A stretch of 64,000 nt of DNA from an uncultured Bacteroidales bacterium (GCA_964418565.1 CAYQMB010000003.1:3892-67891); one strand, 5' to 3'. Shown: positions 8,637 through 18,168, counted from the first letter of the stretch. Notes: a model not told the origin generated them from the letters alone. A program made the numbers and translations.

Positions 8637-9965
8637 TCATTTTTTTGATTTTTCCGGCAAACACAAGATGAGGACAGCAGCTAAAAAGGGCAGGGCAGGT
8701 ATGTTGTAACGTACCAGGGCTCCCAATACCGGTGTGCTGATGCCCGTCAGACTGAAAAGTATGATTACAAAGGACAGGGTGAAAAACAAAAGATTTTGCT
8801 CACTGTGCCGGAGCTTGCGGTGCCTGAAAATTACCAGCAATATGAGCAGCAAAAAAGCCAGTTTTTCCAGGGCAGCAAGCAACATCATGGGTGAATTGAT
8901 TTCCAGCAAGTGGGGGCGGAGCAGACTGTTTGCGAAGCCTTGCGGAACATGCTTCAAAAGCGAGGACAAACTGGCCTCAATGTCAGGTAGCGAAACGGCA
9001 GAACCCACATCACCGACGCTGTCAACCATGCTGACAAAGTCGTTTTGCTTTTGCTCGATGATGCGAAACATATCGGTTCGGGGACTTGCTAAAGAGGTAA
9101 GCCAGACCATGATTATCATGCCTGCATGCAGGAGCAGGAACCAGACTATGCTTCTTTTTAGCGCGGGTTTTTTACCTGGTTTTCCCGTGCTCAGCAGCCA
9201 GATCAACCCCGGAACCATGCAAAGCAGTACGTAAATCTTTGTCAGAAAAAAGAAAAGAACGGCAAGCAGGACCAGTAGCAGACTTTTTGTGCTGAACCTC
9301 CGGCTGAGTTTTACCACAGCGAAAAAAAGCAGGCCGGTGTTGAGCATGAGCAGCCCTTCTTTCAGCAGGCCGGAGCTCCACAACCAGACCGATGGAACCA
9401 TGAACACAGCCAAAGCAAGCCATTTGCTGCTCCTTGTGAGCATGGTGATGCCACGGTAGAGCAGTGTCAGTCCCAGAAAGGCCAGAAAGGCCATGATAAA
9501 AGTGTGCGCAAGCATGCTGCCGCCAGTGAGCGGGTACAGCAGAGCATTGAAACGGATTAACGTACGGTTGTCATTCCATACGCCGTTCAGGTATTGCCGG
9601 TTCCAGTGGCTGGTTTGCTCAAGGCAGGCCTGCACTTTCGGATCATCCATGCCAATGCCTGTTATGATTCTGGCGTACGTGGCGATGGATTCAGACTGTG
9701 TGGCAATCACTTCCCCGTCGTTGAAATATTTGTGCATGTCTGCCGTGTCCTGTGGATAATACCATGTGTACAGGGCAAAAAGTGCCAGCGCAGCCATCAG
9801 TTTGGCGGTCCACAAACCCAGACGCCACTGTGCGTTCAGTCCGGTTTTCCGAAACACAGGCAGACGGTACACCAGCCAGAAACTTCCGGCGGTAACGATC
9901 AGCAGGCTGATGATCTGTATGACAGTCATAGGTTGGCAAGGTACAAAAATACCGGCATTTTTCAA
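8637..9965 (-). CDS. polytopic integral membrane protein (GT-C / polymerase-like topology, function unknown)
   Basis: More than 10 predicted hydrophobic helices in the 442-aa ORF. The start may be the internal MTVIQIISLL (9929). All overlapping ORFs (8734-10014) are GC-driven shadows. Confidence 0.6.
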   Translation of the reverse strand: MKNAGIFVPCQPMTVIQIISLLIVTAGSFWLVYRLPVFRKTGLNAQWRLGLWTAKLMAALALFALYTWYYPQDTADMHKYFNDGEVIATQSESIATYARIITGIGMDDPKVQACLEQTSHWNRQYLNGVWNDNRTLIRFNALLYPLTGGSMLAHTFIMAFLAFLGLTLLYRGITMLTRSSKWLALAVFMVPSVWLWSSGLLKEGLLMLNTGLLFFAVVKLSRRFSTKSLLLVLLAVLFFFLTKIYVLLCMVPGLIWLLSTGKPGKKPALKRSIVWFLLLHAGMIIMVWLTSLASPRTDMFRIIEQKQNDFVSMVDSVGDVGSAVSLPDIEASLSSLLKHVPQGFANSLLRPHLLEINSPMMLLAALEKLAFLLLILLVIFRHRKLRHSEQNLLFFTLSFVIILFSLTGISTPVLGALVRYNIPALPFLAAVLILCLPEKSKK

Positions 9966-10039
9966 GATAAGATGATGAGTTGAAAGTTTTTAAAGTTGAT
10001 AAAGTTACTCCCAACCTCCCAACCTACAAACTTACCAAT

Positions 10040-10260
10040 CTTCCAACTTTCCACTCATTTCGCAGCCCGGCGGAGGCGGATTAGCTGCCGAATGACTCTG
10101 GCTTGTGAGTGCGCAGAGCAAAGAGCGACCAGCGGAAGCTCCTTTGTCCTGCCTGCACAAACAGCCTGAGACATTTGGCACTAACAGCCGGAGACGGAAA
10201 TAGCTGCCCATATAATCACTGACTACTGACCAGCCCACCAATAACCAATCCACCAATGAC
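10040..10260. other. GC-rich non-coding element flanked by CA-rich low-complexity runs
   Basis: The core at 10061-10215 (gcagcccggcggaggcgg...cctgcctgc...cagcctgag) is bracketed by cccaacctcccaacctacaaacttaccaatcttccaac and ccagcccaccaataaccaatccaccaatgaccaac. It lies upstream of the plsY -7 box. Confidence 0.4.
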
Positions 10261-10290
10261 CAACTCTCTGGGATTTTCCTCAGATTCTGT

Positions 10291-10298
10291 TACATTTG
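10291..10298 (+). promoter_or_regulatory. Bacteroidota -7 promoter box (TACATTTG) for plsY
   Basis: Matches the TAnnTTTG consensus, 17 nt upstream of the ATG at 10315. Confidence 0.45.
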
Positions 10299-10314
10299 CA
10301 GCAAAGAAAACCAA

Positions 10315-10932
10315 ATGGCCATACTCGTATTTACCGGAATTGCTGCTTATATGCTGGGTTCATTCAACGCTGCATACTGGCTTGGACGTTGGTTTAAGGG
10401 CATTGATGTGCGGGAACACGGGAGTAAAAACGCCGGTGCTACCAATCTGCTTCGCGTGGCCGGATGGAAAATTGCCCTGCCTGCTTTTATCCTCGACGTG
10501 GGAAAGGCTTACGCTGCAGCATCCCTGGCTTTTCTGCAGAATACGTGGTTGCCGGACTCAGAAGCCTTCCTTTTATGGCAGATTGGTCTTGGAATGCTTG
10601 CCGTGATCGGGCATTTGCTCCCGGTTTACATTGGTTTTCGTGGCGGGAAAGGCGTGGCCAGCATGCTGGGCGTGGTGTTGGCTGTACACATGCCTGCTGC
10701 CCTGGCTGCACTATCAGTTTTTGTTCTGGTGTTGCTGATTACGCGTATTGTATCCATCTCATCTGTATCGGCAGGATTGTCTTTTCCGGTGTTTATGATC
10801 TTTGTATTTGGAGATAGGCACATTGTTTTGTTAACATTTTCTTTGCTTGCTGCCGCTCTGCTCTTAATAACCCACAAAAGAAACCTTAAAAGATTGTTAA
10901 GCGGCGAGGAGAAACGCATCCGCCTGAAATAA
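10315..10932 (+). CDS. plsY: glycerol-3-phosphate acyltransferase PlsY
   Basis: GSFNAAYWLGRWFKGIDVREHGSKNAGATN and FRGGKGVA motifs. ~200 aa with multiple TM helices. Confidence 0.85.
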   Translation: MAILVFTGIAAYMLGSFNAAYWLGRWFKGIDVREHGSKNAGATNLLRVAGWKIALPAFILDVGKAYAAASLAFLQNTWLPDSEAFLLWQIGLGMLAVIGHLLPVYIGFRGGKGVASMLGVVLAVHMPAALAALSVFVLVLLITRIVSISSVSAGLSFPVFMIFVFGDRHIVLLTFSLLAAALLLITHKRNLKRLLSGEEKRIRLK

Positions 10933-11015
10933 TTTGATTTATATTAGCACAAATTTGCATTGCCATCAAAGGAGCATTGCTGAACAATAGACATGTGTTA
11001 CTAAAATTTCAAACT

Positions 11016-13067
11016 ATGAAACAATTTTCACTTTTTACGGTTATCACGCTTGTGATAGTAGCCTCCGGCTTCATGATGTCATGTAAATCGGATGCGAATG
11101 AATCTGAAGAAACGAAAGCACTTATGAAAAAAGATCTTGATACCAGCGTATCGCCCAAAGAAGATTTTTACCAGTATGCTACAGGTGGCTGGCAGAAAAA
11201 CAATCCACTTCCTGAAGAAGAAAGCCGTTTTGGATCCTTTGATCAACTGGCTAAAAACACCAGCCGGAAAGTGAAAGATATTATTGTCGGATTGTCAGAA
11301 AAGGACACTGATAAAGGCAGCATGGAATGGAAAATCGGCACCTGGTACAGCGTGGGAATGGACTCAGCTACCATTGAAGCGCAAGGCATCAAACCGATTG
11401 AAAATGAGCTTGAACGCATTGAAAACCTGTCAGCAAAATCGGATGTGATCCGTCAGGCAGCTTACAACAACCGTCACGGAATGAGCAGCTTGTTTTATTT
11501 GTTTGGTGGTGCCGATGCTGATAATGCCGATATGAAAATTGCGCAGATACATCAGGGTGGTCTCGGTTTGCCCGATCGCGATTATTACACCAGCGATGAT
11601 GCACGAAGCCAGGGTATTCGCGATGAATATGTCCGCTACATGACCAACATGATGACGCTGCTTGGTGATGATGAGGCAGAAGCCAAAGATAAAGCTGACA
11701 TGATTATGGCTCTTGAAACCCGCCTGGCAGAAAAGTCCATGACCCGGCTTGAGCAGCGCGATCCGCACGCTACCAATAACAAAATGGAACTGGCTGAGCT
11801 GAATGAACTCGCCGGATCTTTTGATTTTCCTCTGTATTTTGAGGAAGTAGGACTGACTGAACCCGGTGTTATTAATGTCCGCCAGCCCGAGTTTTTCAAA
11901 GAACTGGGTATGGCTGTGGATGAGGTTTCCGTTGATGACTGGAAAACCTATTTCCGCTGGAAACTCATTAACAGTACAGCCAGTTTGCTAAGCTCTGACT
12001 TTGACGGACTGCGCTTCGGCTTTTACGGGAAATACCTGCGTGGTCAGGAAAAGCAAAAACCCCGCTGGCGTCGTATGGTTGCGTCAACCAATGGTGCATT
12101 GGGTGAAGCTGTCGGTAAAAAATTCGTGGAAAAGCACTTTCCGCCCGAAGCCAAAGAACGTATGGTTGAATTGGTTGCCAATCTGCAGGATGCGTTTAAA
12201 CAACGTATGAAAAACTCCACCTGGATGAGCGAAGAAACACAGGAAAAAGCCATTGAAAAGCTGGAAGGTATGCGCGTAAAAATCGGGTATCCCGATAAAT
12301 GGCGTGATTACTCCGGACTTGAGGTTACTGAAGATTCTTACGTACAAAACGTGATGAATTCCAATGTGTTTGATTTTGAGTATATGCTGGATAAAATCGG
12401 AAAACCGGTGGACAAGGAGGAATGGCACATGAATCCTCAGACAGTGAATGCCTATTATTCACCACAAACCAATGAAATTTGCTTTCCTGCCGGCATTCTG
12501 CAGCCACCTTTCTTTTATCTGAATGCAGATGATGCTGTGAATTACGGTGCCATTGGCATGGTTATCGCGCATGAAATGACACATGGTTTTGATGACAAAG
12601 GCCGTCTGTTTAACAAGGAGGGAAACCTGCAGGAATGGTGGACAAAAGAAGATGCCGAGCGTTTTGACAAAGAAGCTCAGGTGTTGGTTGAACGCTACAA
12701 CGAAATTACTGTTCTCGACACCGTACATGCCGATGGTGAGCTTTCACTGGGTGAAAATATCGCCGATTTTGGCGGTCTGAGCATTGCCTACACAGCTTTC
12801 CGCAATAGCCTTGAAGACGGTGAAGAACCTGAAAAAATTGACGGTTTTACTGCAGACCAGCGCTTTTTCCTGGCTTATGCCAAAGTCTGGGCGCAAAACA
12901 TTACCGATAAGGAAATTCTGCGTCGTACAAAAGAAGATGTGCACTCGCTTGGCAAATGGCGTGTTAACGGACAGTTGGTTGGTATGCCGGCTTTCCATGA
13001 GGCCTTTGATGTAAACGAAGGCGATGGAATGTACCTGCCCGAAGAAGAATGGACACATGTCTGGTGA
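11016..13067 (+). CDS. M13 family zinc metallopeptidase (PepO / endothelin-converting-enzyme-like) lipoprotein
   Basis: HEMTHGFD zinc motif, NAYYSPQTNEI, GENIADFGG, and a C-terminal W. I prefer the start at MKQFSLFTVITLVIVASGFMMSC (lipobox). Confidence 0.85.
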   Translation: MKQFSLFTVITLVIVASGFMMSCKSDANESEETKALMKKDLDTSVSPKEDFYQYATGGWQKNNPLPEEESRFGSFDQLAKNTSRKVKDIIVGLSEKDTDKGSMEWKIGTWYSVGMDSATIEAQGIKPIENELERIENLSAKSDVIRQAAYNNRHGMSSLFYLFGGADADNADMKIAQIHQGGLGLPDRDYYTSDDARSQGIRDEYVRYMTNMMTLLGDDEAEAKDKADMIMALETRLAEKSMTRLEQRDPHATNNKMELAELNELAGSFDFPLYFEEVGLTEPGVINVRQPEFFKELGMAVDEVSVDDWKTYFRWKLINSTASLLSSDFDGLRFGFYGKYLRGQEKQKPRWRRMVASTNGALGEAVGKKFVEKHFPPEAKERMVELVANLQDAFKQRMKNSTWMSEETQEKAIEKLEGMRVKIGYPDKWRDYSGLEVTEDSYVQNVMNSNVFDFEYMLDKIGKPVDKEEWHMNPQTVNAYYSPQTNEICFPAGILQPPFFYLNADDAVNYGAIGMVIAHEMTHGFDDKGRLFNKEGNLQEWWTKEDAERFDKEAQVLVERYNEITVLDTVHADGELSLGENIADFGGLSIAYTAFRNSLEDGEEPEKIDGFTADQRFFLAYAKVWAQNITDKEILRRTKEDVHSLGKWRVNGQLVGMPAFHEAFDVNEGDGMYLPEEEWTHVW

Positions 13068-13082
13068 AAATCATAAAAACCT

Positions 13083-13116
13083 AAAAAAAAGGCGCTCTTC
13101 GGAGGGCCTTTTTTTT
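13083..13116. terminator. bidirectional intrinsic terminator
   Basis: A-run, AGGCGCTC TTCG GAGGGCCT hairpin (one mismatch), then an 8-T run. It sits between convergent genes. Confidence 0.6.
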
Positions 13117-13131
13117 CTCCTTTTTTCAAAT

Positions 13132-13746
13132 TTAGTTTAGAACCCACCCAATGCGGAGTTTTGGTGCGGCAGAAAAGGGGTAAAAGCGAAGGTCATCCTG
13201 CAGCCAGTAATATTGTTTTTCAACGTTTATACTCAGGGTGACGTAAAAATGATCATTGGTAAAACGTCTTCCTACTTCCATCCCGAAGCCCAAAGCGGTA
13301 TTCCGGCCAATAAATGAGATGAAATCGAAAATCATTTCCGGAAGCAGAATTCCTTGTTGTAAATTTGGAGAAAACCGATGGTAAAAACCCATGAAAAAGG
13401 CATTGTGGTTTGTGTGATTTTTGTTTTGTTCTATTTTGTGATTAATATCTATATAGCATCTGTATCCCAAAAAAAAGTGATGCCTCCAGAATACCGGTGG
13501 GTCTCCTTCAGCGGGCATGATCTCTATGCCTGGATAGCCACTGTATTCCAGGTGAAAGGAGTGAGCAGGGTTGCTCAGGCTTACCTCAAATTGTTGTGCA
13601 AATGTAAATGCACTTAAACGCCAATAATATGGCTTAAGTTCCAGCGAATCTAATTTTTTGAGCCCGGGTTCTGTCAATGTATGTGCAAACAAAACAGTAG
13701 ACTGCAACAAGAAAAGTATGCTAAATGCAAAAATTGTTCTTCTCAT
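13132..13746 (-). CDS. hypothetical secreted protein
   Basis: Signal peptide MRRTIFAFSILFLLQSTVLFA. Aromatic-rich with possible beta-barrel character. No family recognised. Confidence 0.5.
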   Translation of the reverse strand: MRRTIFAFSILFLLQSTVLFAHTLTEPGLKKLDSLELKPYYWRLSAFTFAQQFEVSLSNPAHSFHLEYSGYPGIEIMPAEGDPPVFWRHHFFLGYRCYIDINHKIEQNKNHTNHNAFFMGFYHRFSPNLQQGILLPEMIFDFISFIGRNTALGFGMEVGRRFTNDHFYVTLSINVEKQYYWLQDDLRFYPFSAAPKLRIGWVLN

Positions 13747-13857
13747 GCTTTTTTTTGCAAGCTAATGATTTTAGATACTACCCAAAAGTAAAAATAAAAA
13801 AAACGGAGCAGAATACTGAATTTGTATTATTGAGATTATGTTTTGTTGCAGTTGATC

Positions 13858-14304
13858 TTACTTTCGGTTAACCGTAACCGTTTTTTCAAAACTTACCATA
13901 TCCGCATTATCAATTTTTGGTATCAATATCCATTTATGGACATGATTTCCGCGCTTGCAAATCCCATATTGGGTTATGCTGGTTTTTACCTGATAGCTTC
14001 CGTCAGACAATCGGTACAAATGTACGTCTGAATCCGGATTTTTGCATCCGGCAACAAGGTAATGAATGCCAATCAGGCTGTATGTTTCAAAGTCAATTTC
14101 CGGAAGGGTGTATGAATCACAATCCGGATGGATGGAACGTTTTTCCAGCAGTTTCTGATATTCGGCGTCTGAGCGAATAAGCTGTTCGGCAACGGTGCTC
14201 TGTGTACATTTTATGTCAATTTCCTGATAGTCAATTTCGGTCTTATCCTGGCTTTTGGCCGGAAATAAAAACGATACAATGGCGAAAAACACGATGGTTT
14301 TCAT
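13858..14304 (-). CDS. hypothetical secreted protein
   Basis: I prefer the internal start MKTIVFFAIVSFLFPAKSQ (signal peptide). The longer N-terminal extension in the ORF track looks non-coding. Confidence 0.5.
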   Translation of the reverse strand: MKTIVFFAIVSFLFPAKSQDKTEIDYQEIDIKCTQSTVAEQLIRSDAEYQKLLEKRSIHPDCDSYTLPEIDFETYSLIGIHYLVAGCKNPDSDVHLYRLSDGSYQVKTSITQYGICKRGNHVHKWILIPKIDNADMVSFEKTVTVNRK

Positions 14305-14413
14305 GATGTTTCTGAGTTGGTTTACAAGCAAAGGTATACAAAAGCGGTGCCAAATGAAAAATAAAGGATCAGGCAAACTTCCCGGGGGAGATACAAAATC
14401 AGGCAAAATTCAG

Positions 14414-14447
14414 AAACAAAAAAAGGAGAACCTGTTGAGATTCTCCT
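14414..14447 (-). terminator. intrinsic terminator downstream of the tRNA-Gly/tRNA-Leu pair
   Basis: AGGAGAA ... TTCTCCT 7-bp stem, followed in minus sense by TTTTTTTGTTT. Confidence 0.6.
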
Positions 14448-14455
14448 TTTGATTT

Positions 14456-14545
14456 TGGTGCCCCGGGCCGGACTCGAACCGGCACGGTCATGAAATGACC
14501 ACGGGATTTTAAGTCCAGCGCGTCTACCAATTCCGCCACCAGGGC
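14456..14545 (-). tRNA. tRNA-Leu (anticodon UAA), class II with long variable arm, CCA encoded
   Basis: Minus-strand sense GCCCTGGTGGCGGAATTGGTAGACGCGCTGGACTTAAAATCCCGTGGTCATTTCATGACCGTGCCGGTTCGAGTCCGGCCCGGGGCACCA folds as a cloverleaf. Confidence 0.9.
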
Positions 14546-14571
14546 CACCTTAAAAAATGTCAAAAAAAAAG

Positions 14572-14643
<72 letters not shown>

Positions 14644-14741
14644 GTTTCCGCTCTTTTATCGTTAGCGGATTGCAAAGATAGAGCATTTTTTAAAAATGCA
14701 AAAGTTTTCATTAAAAAAATCGCATATTTTGTTTGTGCTTT

Positions 14742-14768
14742 TTGCTTGCATTGCTTACATTGCTTGCT
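14742..14768 (+). promoter_or_regulatory. three tandem 9-mers TTGCTTGCA TTGCTTACA TTGCTTGCT abutting the MerR-gene -7 box
   Basis: Read directly. A weaker fourth copy (ttgtgcttt) lies immediately upstream. Confidence 0.5.
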
Positions 14769-14775
14769 ATCTTTG
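14768..14775 (+). promoter_or_regulatory. Bacteroidota -7 promoter box (TATCTTTG)
   Basis: Matches TAnnTTTG, 28 nt upstream of the ATG at 14803. Confidence 0.4.
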
Positions 14776-14802
14776 TGTTTATCAGAATTTTGTTTGATCG
14801 AT

Positions 14803-15135
14803 ATGGAAAGAGAAAAAAAACAAAAATTGTATTATTCCATTGGTGAGGTGGCTGATATGTTTGATGTCAACACTTCACTAATACGATTCTGGGAAAAGGA
14901 ATTTTCTGTCATCCGGCCTCATAAAAACAAAAGGGGCCAGCGTATGTTTACTAATAAGGATATCGAAAATTTTCACAGAATTTATCATCTGGTAAAGGAG
15001 CGTGGCATGACACTGAACGGTGCCAAAAGTCTGATGAAAAATCAGCCTGAAAGCACTGAAAACAAATTTCAGGTTGTGAAAACACTGAAATCCATACGCT
15101 CACGTTTAGAAGCCATAAAAAATACCATTAATTGA
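14803..15135 (+). CDS. MerR-family transcriptional regulator
   Basis: YSIGEVADMFDVNTSLIRFWEKEF...HKNKRGQRMFTNKDI is a MerR-type wHTH. The longer ORF-track version (from 14557) overlaps tRNA-Gly and is rejected. Confidence 0.75.
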   Translation: MEREKKQKLYYSIGEVADMFDVNTSLIRFWEKEFSVIRPHKNKRGQRMFTNKDIENFHRIYHLVKERGMTLNGAKSLMKNQPESTENKFQVVKTLKSIRSRLEAIKNTIN

Positions 15136-15136
15136 T

Positions 15137-16237
15137 ATGCAATTAACGATAAAAGAAATTATTCAGGAGCTGGAGGCTTTTGCGCCTTTGCAGTATCAGG
15201 AATCCTATGATAATGCCGGCCTGATTGTGGGGGATAAAAATTGTCGTGTGGATTCAGTATTGTTAGCAGTGGATGTTACTGAAGCTGTTATTGATGAAGC
15301 TGTTAAGCTGGGTGCGGGTATGATCATTGCCCATCATCCCATCATCTTTAAAGGCCTGAGAAAACTCACAGGCAGCAATTATGTGGAGCGAACCGTCATT
15401 AAGGCAATCAAATCGGATGTTGCCATTTATGCGGCCCATACCAATATGGATGCCGTCTCGAATGGTGTAAATGGCATCCTGGCGGAAAAACTCGGACTGG
15501 AAAATGTGTCGGTAATGAGCCCCCGTGCAGGCCTGCTCAAGAAAATCCATGTGTTTGTTCCTGAAGATTATGCAAATGCTGTGCGCGAGGCTGCTTTTAA
15601 GGCGGGTGCGGGCCATATCGGTAATTATGACAACTGTTCCTACAACGTTAATGGTAAGGGTAGTTTTCGCGCCGGAGATGACAGCAATCCCTTTGTCGGA
15701 GAGAAAGGACAAACCCATTTTGAACCTGAAGTGAAAATTGAAATTGTCTTTCCTGAAGTGTTGCAATCTGCTGTAATTAATGCTGTGATTACCGCACATC
15801 CATATGAAGAAGTAGCCTACGATGTATATTCACTGGATAATCCCTGGGATAAGGTGGGCATAGGCCTTGTCGGTGAGCTGAAAACCCCGGTAAAACCAAT
15901 GGATTTTATGGAAAGCCTCTCAGGAATCCTTAAGCAACCCCATTTCAGGTACACAAAACCTGTGACGGATGAAATAAAGCAGGTAGCCATTTGCGGGGGT
16001 GCAGGGTCTTTTACCATAAATCAGGCCAAAGCCAAAGGGGCTGACGTTCTGATTACGGCAGATGTGAAGTACCATGAGTTTTTTGATGCCGATAGTCAGA
16101 TTATGATTGTGGATGCGGGGCATTATGAAACTGAACAATTTACAAAAGAATTGTTTTCTAATGTAATTCAGAAAAAATTCCCTAACTTTGCAGTCCGTTT
16201 TTCAAATGTAAATACCAACCCTGTTAACTACTATTGA
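15137..16237 (+). CDS. Nif3-like dinuclear metal centre protein (YqfO/YbgI family, with inserted PII-like domain)
   Basis: QESYDNAGL, IIAHHPIIFKG, AAHTNMD and GHYETE motifs. 366-aa size fits the long form. Confidence 0.8.
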   Translation: MQLTIKEIIQELEAFAPLQYQESYDNAGLIVGDKNCRVDSVLLAVDVTEAVIDEAVKLGAGMIIAHHPIIFKGLRKLTGSNYVERTVIKAIKSDVAIYAAHTNMDAVSNGVNGILAEKLGLENVSVMSPRAGLLKKIHVFVPEDYANAVREAAFKAGAGHIGNYDNCSYNVNGKGSFRAGDDSNPFVGEKGQTHFEPEVKIEIVFPEVLQSAVINAVITAHPYEEVAYDVYSLDNPWDKVGIGLVGELKTPVKPMDFMESLSGILKQPHFRYTKPVTDEIKQVAICGGAGSFTINQAKAKGADVLITADVKYHEFFDADSQIMIVDAGHYETEQFTKELFSNVIQKKFPNFAVRFSNVNTNPVNYY

Positions 16238-16241
16238 TATT

Positions 16242-17099
16242 ATGACAAAGGGAAAAAATAACGATCCGGCCAAAATGAGCATTGAGGAAAAACTTGAAGC
16301 GCTCTATAACCTTCAGCGAACAGATTCAGAAATTGATAATCTGCGGATTCTTCGTGGAGAGCTGCCACTGGAAGTCCAGGATCTGGAGGATGCACTTGCT
16401 GGTCTTGAAACCAGGGTAGCCAAGCTGAATTCTGAATTGGAGAAAATGAATGCTGATATTGCTGCCGAAAAAGAGAAAATTTCCAATTCCAAAGAGCTGA
16501 TCAAAAAATATGAAGATCAGCAAAATAAGGTCAGAAACAATCGCGAGTATGAATCGCTGATGAAAGAGGTTGAGTTTCAGACTCTGGAGATTGAGTTGAG
16601 TGAGAAAAAAATCAAACAGTCTCAGGAGGATATTAAGGCTAAAGAGGAATTGATTGAAGCTTCCAAAGAGAAAATTGAAGAAACCAAAGCCGACCTGGAG
16701 CATAAAAAATCCGAGCTGGATGAAATTACCAAAGAGAACGAAAAAGAAGAGGCTGATCTGATCAAAAAATCGGAAAAGCTGGCAGATAGCATTGAACCTC
16801 GCCTGCTTACTGCCTATAAACGCATTCGCTCCAATGCACGCAATGGCCTTGCTGTTGTACCCGTAGAGCGTGATGCCTGTGGTGGTTGTTTTAACAAAAT
16901 TCCGCCGCAGCGTCAGTTGGATATCAGGAGCCGAAAGAAAATTATCGTATGCGAATTTTGCGGACGTATCCTTGTGGATCCCGAGTTGGATGAGGAGAAA
17001 GCAAAAGAAAATGCTGAAAAACGCAAGGCTGAAGAAGAAAAGAAGAAAAAGCCCCGCAAAAAAACCAGCCGCAAACGGACAACTACCAAGAAAAAGTAA
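16242..17099 (+). CDS. coiled-coil protein with C4 zinc ribbon (DUF164-type Nif3 partner)
   Basis: Long heptad-rich region followed by CGGCFNKIPPQ...CEFCGRIL. This is the conserved neighbour of Nif3. The tail is Lys-rich. Confidence 0.7.
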   Translation: MTKGKNNDPAKMSIEEKLEALYNLQRTDSEIDNLRILRGELPLEVQDLEDALAGLETRVAKLNSELEKMNADIAAEKEKISNSKELIKKYEDQQNKVRNNREYESLMKEVEFQTLEIELSEKKIKQSQEDIKAKEELIEASKEKIEETKADLEHKKSELDEITKENEKEEADLIKKSEKLADSIEPRLLTAYKRIRSNARNGLAVVPVERDACGGCFNKIPPQRQLDIRSRKKIIVCEFCGRILVDPELDEEKAKENAEKRKAEEEKKKKPRKKTSRKRTTTKKK

Positions 17100-17114
17100 A
17101 CGCTTTCCAGATAT

Positions 17115-17149
17115 AAAAAAACGCTGACCTTCCGGGCCAGCGTTTTTTT
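17115..17149. terminator. bidirectional intrinsic terminator
   Basis: A-run, ACGCTGACC TTCCG GGCCAGCGT hairpin (one mismatch), then a T-run. It sits between convergent genes. Confidence 0.6.
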
Positions 17150-17170
17150 ATACGCTTTATTCTGATGTTT

Positions 17171-18166
17171 TTATTGTTTTTCCTTATGCCGTCTGAGGCT
17201 GTCTGTGATCACTTCGTTGAAAATCTCTGTTTCGCTCAGGCCCATGCTTCGGATTTGTTTTGGCACAATGCTGTTTTTACTTAAACCGGGAATGGTATTG
17301 GCTTCAAGATAGTATGGCACACCACTCTTTATGATGAAATCTACCCTTACAAGGCCATGAAAACCCAATTTATCGTACACCAATGAAGTGTATTGCTGTA
17401 CAGCTTTGGTTTCTGCTTCTGAAATGCGTGCTGGTGTGATCTCATCTGTCAGTTCTGGTGTATATTTGGCATCGTAATCAAAGAAATCCCGTTTTGTATC
17501 AATTTCTGTCACGGGGAATACACGCTGACTGATGGCCGTTTTTAATACGCCGCAACTCACTTCAACACCATCAATGAATTGCTCAACAATAACCTGTTTG
17601 TCTTCTGTGAAAGCATGTTCAATGGCTGACCGAAGCTTGTCTTTTTCATACACTTTTGTTACGCCAAAGCTGGAACCTGCTGTGTTTGGTTTCACAAATA
17701 CCGGTAATCCAAGTTCTGACACAATGGTCTCGGGTTGTATGCTATCGCCTTTGCGGATGACGATTTCCCTGGCCATGGGGATATCCCAGTTTTTCAGGAA
17801 AATTTTGCATCGGATTTTGTCATAGCTCAGGGCAGAGCTCAATACATCCGACGTGGAGTAGGGGATATTCATGGCTTCAAAATACCCTTGCATGGTGCCA
17901 TCTTCACCCTGTTTGCCATGGATGGCAATAACAGCAATGTCAAAACGGATTTTATCTCCTTTCACACGAATGCTGAAATCGTTTTTATCGACAGGTGTTT
18001 CGTCTATGCCTTTCGGATCGTAAATCCAGTTGGCCCCGTTGATATCTATTTTCCAGATGCGGTATGCATCACTGCGTAGTGAATCAGCGATATTAGCTGC
18101 TGTTTGAAGGCTGATAACCCGTTCGGATGAAGGGCCCCCTGCCATGATGGCTACATTCAGTTGCAT
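17171..18166 (-). CDS. ddl: D-alanine--D-alanine ligase
   Basis: ATP-grasp pattern: HGKQGEDGTMQG, FVKPNTAGSSFGVTKV, LEANTIPG. Confidence 0.9.
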   Translation of the reverse strand: MQLNVAIMAGGPSSERVISLQTAANIADSLRSDAYRIWKIDINGANWIYDPKGIDETPVDKNDFSIRVKGDKIRFDIAVIAIHGKQGEDGTMQGYFEAMNIPYSTSDVLSSALSYDKIRCKIFLKNWDIPMAREIVIRKGDSIQPETIVSELGLPVFVKPNTAGSSFGVTKVYEKDKLRSAIEHAFTEDKQVIVEQFIDGVEVSCGVLKTAISQRVFPVTEIDTKRDFFDYDAKYTPELTDEITPARISEAETKAVQQYTSLVYDKLGFHGLVRVDFIIKSGVPYYLEANTIPGLSKNSIVPKQIRSMGLSETEIFNEVITDSLRRHKEKQ

Positions 18167-18168
18167 GC

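Noticed and set aside
8734-10014. Cluster of 60-170-aa ORFs on both strands overlapping the 8637-9965 membrane-protein gene, plus similar shadow ORFs opposite pepO, dnaK, guaA, dsbD and the sensor kinase.
   Set aside because: They lie antisense or out of frame to long ORFs with clear family motifs or TM periodicity. Their composition is typical of shadow frames.
10131-10140. AGC-GGAA-GCT tetraloop hairpin, considered as SRP RNA domain IV.
   Set aside because: The flanking symmetric-loop sequence (GGUCC GGAA GGAAGCAGC) and the complementary 3' strand are not present.
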